Shown piece after piece: positions 61,673-64,000 of a stretch of DNA of 64,000 nucleotides; position 1 is the first letter of the stretch; each line of letters begins with the position of its first letter. The translations under genes were made by a program, and so were the position numbers. The notes under the pieces were generated by a model. The model worked only from the letters and a program-made list of their open reading frames with translations, had not been told where the DNA came from and searched no databases. Source of the stretch: a virus. The DNA is taken from positions 7,245-71,244 of IMG/VR virus record IMGVR_UViG_3300037882_002024. One strand, given 5' to 3'.

Positions 61673-62449
61673 ATGGCTATCGAAACCTTAGCGACCCTCG
61701 ACGAGCTTAGAGAGTTCCTTGGGATTACCACGCCTACGGCCCAGCAGACGATGGTTTTGGATGTGGTGCGCAGGGGAGCGCAAAAAACGATCGACAACTT
61801 CCTTGGCGCTTCGCTGATTCAAGCAACTCACACCGAATACTATCCGCAGCGAGCGCATCTCAGCCCGCACTCCGAGTTAATTGACTCTTTCGAGCGCAGC
61901 GGCAACAAAGTTGTTCCGTTGCAGCGCTACGTTAGTAATCGGCGCATACTCCAATTGGCGAAGCTCCCGGTGCGCTCTATCGTGAGCGTCTATGAGAACG
62001 CAGATGCGTGGAGCACCGAAGGCGGCGATTGGCCTGTGGCTAACTTGCTCGATGGCGATAGCTACTTCATCGACGCGCTGGAAAACGGCATTTCGTGGAG
62101 TGGTTTTCTCATTAACAATACGGGGCCGTGGAGTGCGGTTGAGCGCTCGATTAAGGTGCAATACGTGGCAGGCTTCACCGCCGAAGAAATCAACAACGAT
62201 TACCCCGACCTGCGCTATGCCTATTTCTCACTTTGCCAAGTGGACTACAACCAAGCGATGATGCAGATGATGGGCCGAAGCGTCGTCGGGTCGGGAGTCG
62301 GACTGATTACAGCCGAGCATATTGACACATGGGGCGTACAATACGACGCGACCACGAACGCGCAACTGTATGGGTTCACGGGTCGAATGCCTCTGATGGT
62401 GGCGCGCACACTTGAGCCTTACGTTAATTTTACGAGGTTCATCGGATGA
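61673..62449 (+). CDS. head-tail connector/adaptor (gp6/gp15-like)
   Basis: LATLDELREFLGI...IDNFLG..LI, LQLAKLPVRSIVSV, IKVQYVAGF, L.PYV. Confidence 0.75.
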   Translation: MAIETLATLDELREFLGITTPTAQQTMVLDVVRRGAQKTIDNFLGASLIQATHTEYYPQRAHLSPHSELIDSFERSGNKVVPLQRYVSNRRILQLAKLPVRSIVSVYENADAWSTEGGDWPVANLLDGDSYFIDALENGISWSGFLINNTGPWSAVERSIKVQYVAGFTAEEINNDYPDLRYAYFSLCQVDYNQAMMQMMGRSVVGSGVGLITAEHIDTWGVQYDATTNAQLYGFTGRMPLMVARTLEPYVNFTRFIG

Positions 62450-62805
62450 GCTTGCAGAGCGTCACCAGCATTCACGAAGTATGGGTTTTGGAGCCAAGCC
62501 GCCAGCGCGACGCCAACGGCGGCATCTTGCTGACTTACATGCGCACGCGGTCATATCCGGCGCGTGTCTGCCCGGTTGACGCAAAAACGGCGGCTGACCT
62601 TTTTATCCGCTCTGTCATCGTCTCGCACAAAATATACCTTTCGGTCGATCCCGGCAACATCAGCGAGAATATGCGTTTGGAATACAACGGGACCGTTCTT
62701 AATGTGACTGGCCCCGTCATCAATGTCAATGGCTTAGATCGACTATGGATCGTGTACGCCGATGCGCGCGGGCGCTACAATCCCAGCACGGAGCTAATTG
62801 AATGA
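62446..62805 (+). CDS. head closure protein (SPP1 gp16-like)
   Basis: RDANGG.......YPARV...NMRLEYNG..LNV pattern and synteny. Confidence 0.65.
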   Translation: MSLQSVTSIHEVWVLEPSRQRDANGGILLTYMRTRSYPARVCPVDAKTAADLFIRSVIVSHKIYLSVDPGNISENMRLEYNGTVLNVTGPVINVNGLDRLWIVYADARGRYNPSTELIE

Positions 62806-63275
62806 AAGTTACGCGCATTGGCAGGGTCGGATACATCAACGTCTACCTTGACGAGTACACGGCTGATTTTGACAAGCAGCTTACCGAGCGGATGCGCGCC
62901 TGCGCGCGCGCGGCCTTTCAGCACATCCGTAGCAAGACATCGAAGCCGGGGCCGGGGAATAGCAGAGCCGGGGAGTACCCGCGTAAACAGTCTGGCGGCT
63001 TGAACCGTGGCTATAAAATCACTTTCATCAAAAATGGTCACGGCTTCAAGATGTACACAAAAACGCCGCAAGGCATCTTCATGGAAAAGGGCGTGAAGGG
63101 CGGTAAGATCATTAGGCCTAAGCGCGGCCGCTTTCTGCGCTTTGTTGGGCGCGACGGCAGAATCCGTTACGCCAAATTTGTGCGACAGGGACGCATTGAA
63201 GCGCGGGCGCCACTTCGCAGAACGCTCATTGAAAGCACTGCTAACTTTATTCGTATCCTTGGGGCGCCTTACTAA
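62802..63275 (+). CDS. neck/tail-completion protein (HK97 gp10-like)
   Basis: Basic; SRAGEYP..QSG.L...; FMEKG; AR.PLR; TAA stop in box 63272. Confidence 0.6.
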   Translation: MKVTRIGRVGYINVYLDEYTADFDKQLTERMRACARAAFQHIRSKTSKPGPGNSRAGEYPRKQSGGLNRGYKITFIKNGHGFKMYTKTPQGIFMEKGVKGGKIIRPKRGRFLRFVGRDGRIRYAKFVRQGRIEARAPLRRTLIESTANFIRILGAPY

Positions 63276-63289
63276 AAGATTTTAGTCAT

Positions 63290-63739
63290 ATGGAAGAGCT
63301 ATCATTTAGCGAAGAATTATTTACGGCGCTCAACACACGCCTTGCGGCTACTCCGTTTGGAGAAACGTGTACTGGCGGCTGGAGCCTTGGCGATGTTCCC
63401 GAAGAGAGGCCGACGCCACCGTATATGATTGTGCTGCCAGTAGAAGAGATAACCAAGCAGTACACTTCTAAGCGCATGGCGGTTGATGTTATTTTTGCGT
63501 GCCAAATTGTAACTCGGACATTTGCGAGCGGCCAGCAGGTTGTTCGCAAGTGCAAAAAGTATATCACGAATGCGCCGCTAGTGTTTGACAGCGTCGAGCA
63601 GGTGGCGCAGCAAATGAATTTATCAGCGATGCGAGTTATCAATATCGAGTACAACAGAGAGGAAGAGCTTGACGACTGGACAGCGACCATTTACTATAAG
63701 GGTGAGATGTCACAAAAGACAATTCACTCACCGGAATAG
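63290..63739 (+). CDS. tail terminator protein
   Basis: PPYMIV...Q; synteny between neck and tail tube genes. Confidence 0.6.
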   Translation: MEELSFSEELFTALNTRLAATPFGETCTGGWSLGDVPEERPTPPYMIVLPVEEITKQYTSKRMAVDVIFACQIVTRTFASGQQVVRKCKKYITNAPLVFDSVEQVAQQMNLSAMRVINIEYNREEELDDWTATIYYKGEMSQKTIHSPE

Positions 63740-63786
63740 CGGTTCTTTTTTATGCTCCGGCAAGAGGCTAAAAAAGGGATACTATC

Positions 63787-64000
63787 ATGGCTGGTGTTGG
63801 ATTTTCAGGAAAAGACGGGGACGTGAAAATTGGGTCAACAGCCATTTGCGAAATCAAAGGCTGGTCATTCAACCCCAAGGCGACCAATCCGCGCTATGCG
63901 TCGAACAAGACAGCAGGCTACAAGCGCACCGTCGCAGGCGTCAAAGAGGGCAGTGGCACCATGAGCGGTGTCTACGACCTCACGACGCCGCACCACGGCG
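63787..64000 (+). CDS. major tail tube protein (3' truncated by window edge)
   Basis: MAGVGFSGKDGDVKIGSTAICEIKGWSF...YKRTVAGVKEGSGTMSGVYD. Confidence 0.75.
   Translation, partial: MAGVGFSGKDGDVKIGSTAICEIKGWSFNPKATNPRYASNKTAGYKRTVAGVKEGSGTMSGVYDLTTPHHG

Larger units (their letters stand above)
886..63285. repeat. dispersed palindromic box RCTAAAWNNWTTTAGY (14-bp core), 39 copies found by eye
   Basis: Core starts at 886, 3761, 6475, 9854, 11703, 12473, 14343, 15851, 17647, 18571, 20632, 21119, 21188, 24965, 26210, 27582, 29073, 30539, 31160, 32722, 33303, 34660, 35040, 36514, 36841, 37832, 41641, 42039, 43121, 43682, 45043, 45916, 46602, 48691, 52399, 54527, 56153, 60806, 63272; most have 0-1 mismatch to consensus. 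Confidence 0.92.

Noticed and set aside
886-63285. Box as a parS centromere for the ParB-like proteins, or as a dif/Xer site
   Set aside because: No resemblance to the canonical parS or dif consensus; the ParB-like ORFs lack a recognisable HTH; promoter-relative spacing favours a transcription factor. Not formally excluded
49-63690. Long minus-strand ORFs (e.g. 54370..55662, 52638..53345, 10843..11616, 36147..37160)
   Set aside because: They are antisense shadows of well-supported plus-strand genes in GC-rich DNA, with no RBS or motifs
1-64000. Integrase, attachment site, repressor or lysis cassette
   Set aside because: No recombinase, clear HTH repressor, endolysin or holin could be recognised in this window, so lifestyle cannot be called

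Overview
64 kb segment of a GC-rich tailed dsDNA phage (Caudoviricetes: HK97-fold capsid, portal, terminase, head-tail connectors, tail tube gene at the right edge). Essentially all credible genes are on the + strand. A TIGR02996-like domain, a planctomycete-type cytochrome c domain and a matrixin point to a Planctomycetota (Gemmataceae-like) host; this is inference. Layout: (1) 1-3.6 kb, operon of exported proteins with two CxxCH heme-binding motifs; (2) 3.8-8.9 kb, MoxR-type AAA+ ATPase, VWA-like partner, three ParB/Srx-domain genes and a C5 DNA methyltransferase; (3) 9-21 kb, small accessory genes; (4) 21-25 kb, terminase with a Pro-start, class-3-like intein; (5) 31.2-32.5 kb, an ORF-poor and heavily base-paired ~700-890 nt candidate ncRNA plus five non-canonical tRNA/tRNA-like genes; (6) 32.7-46.4 kb, array of gene cassettes, each behind a near-identical sigma70 promoter/leader/RBS repeat; (7) 48.7-64 kb, morphogenesis genes starting with a portal-C39 peptidase-MuF triple fusion. 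Across the whole window I found 39 copies by eye of an AT-rich palindrome (RCTAAAWNNWTTTAGY). At six cassette promoters it is centred near -61.5, and at the morphogenesis promoters it overlaps or follows the -10, which suggests an undescribed one-regulator early/late switch. All family assignments come from motif recognition by eye; no database searches were run.
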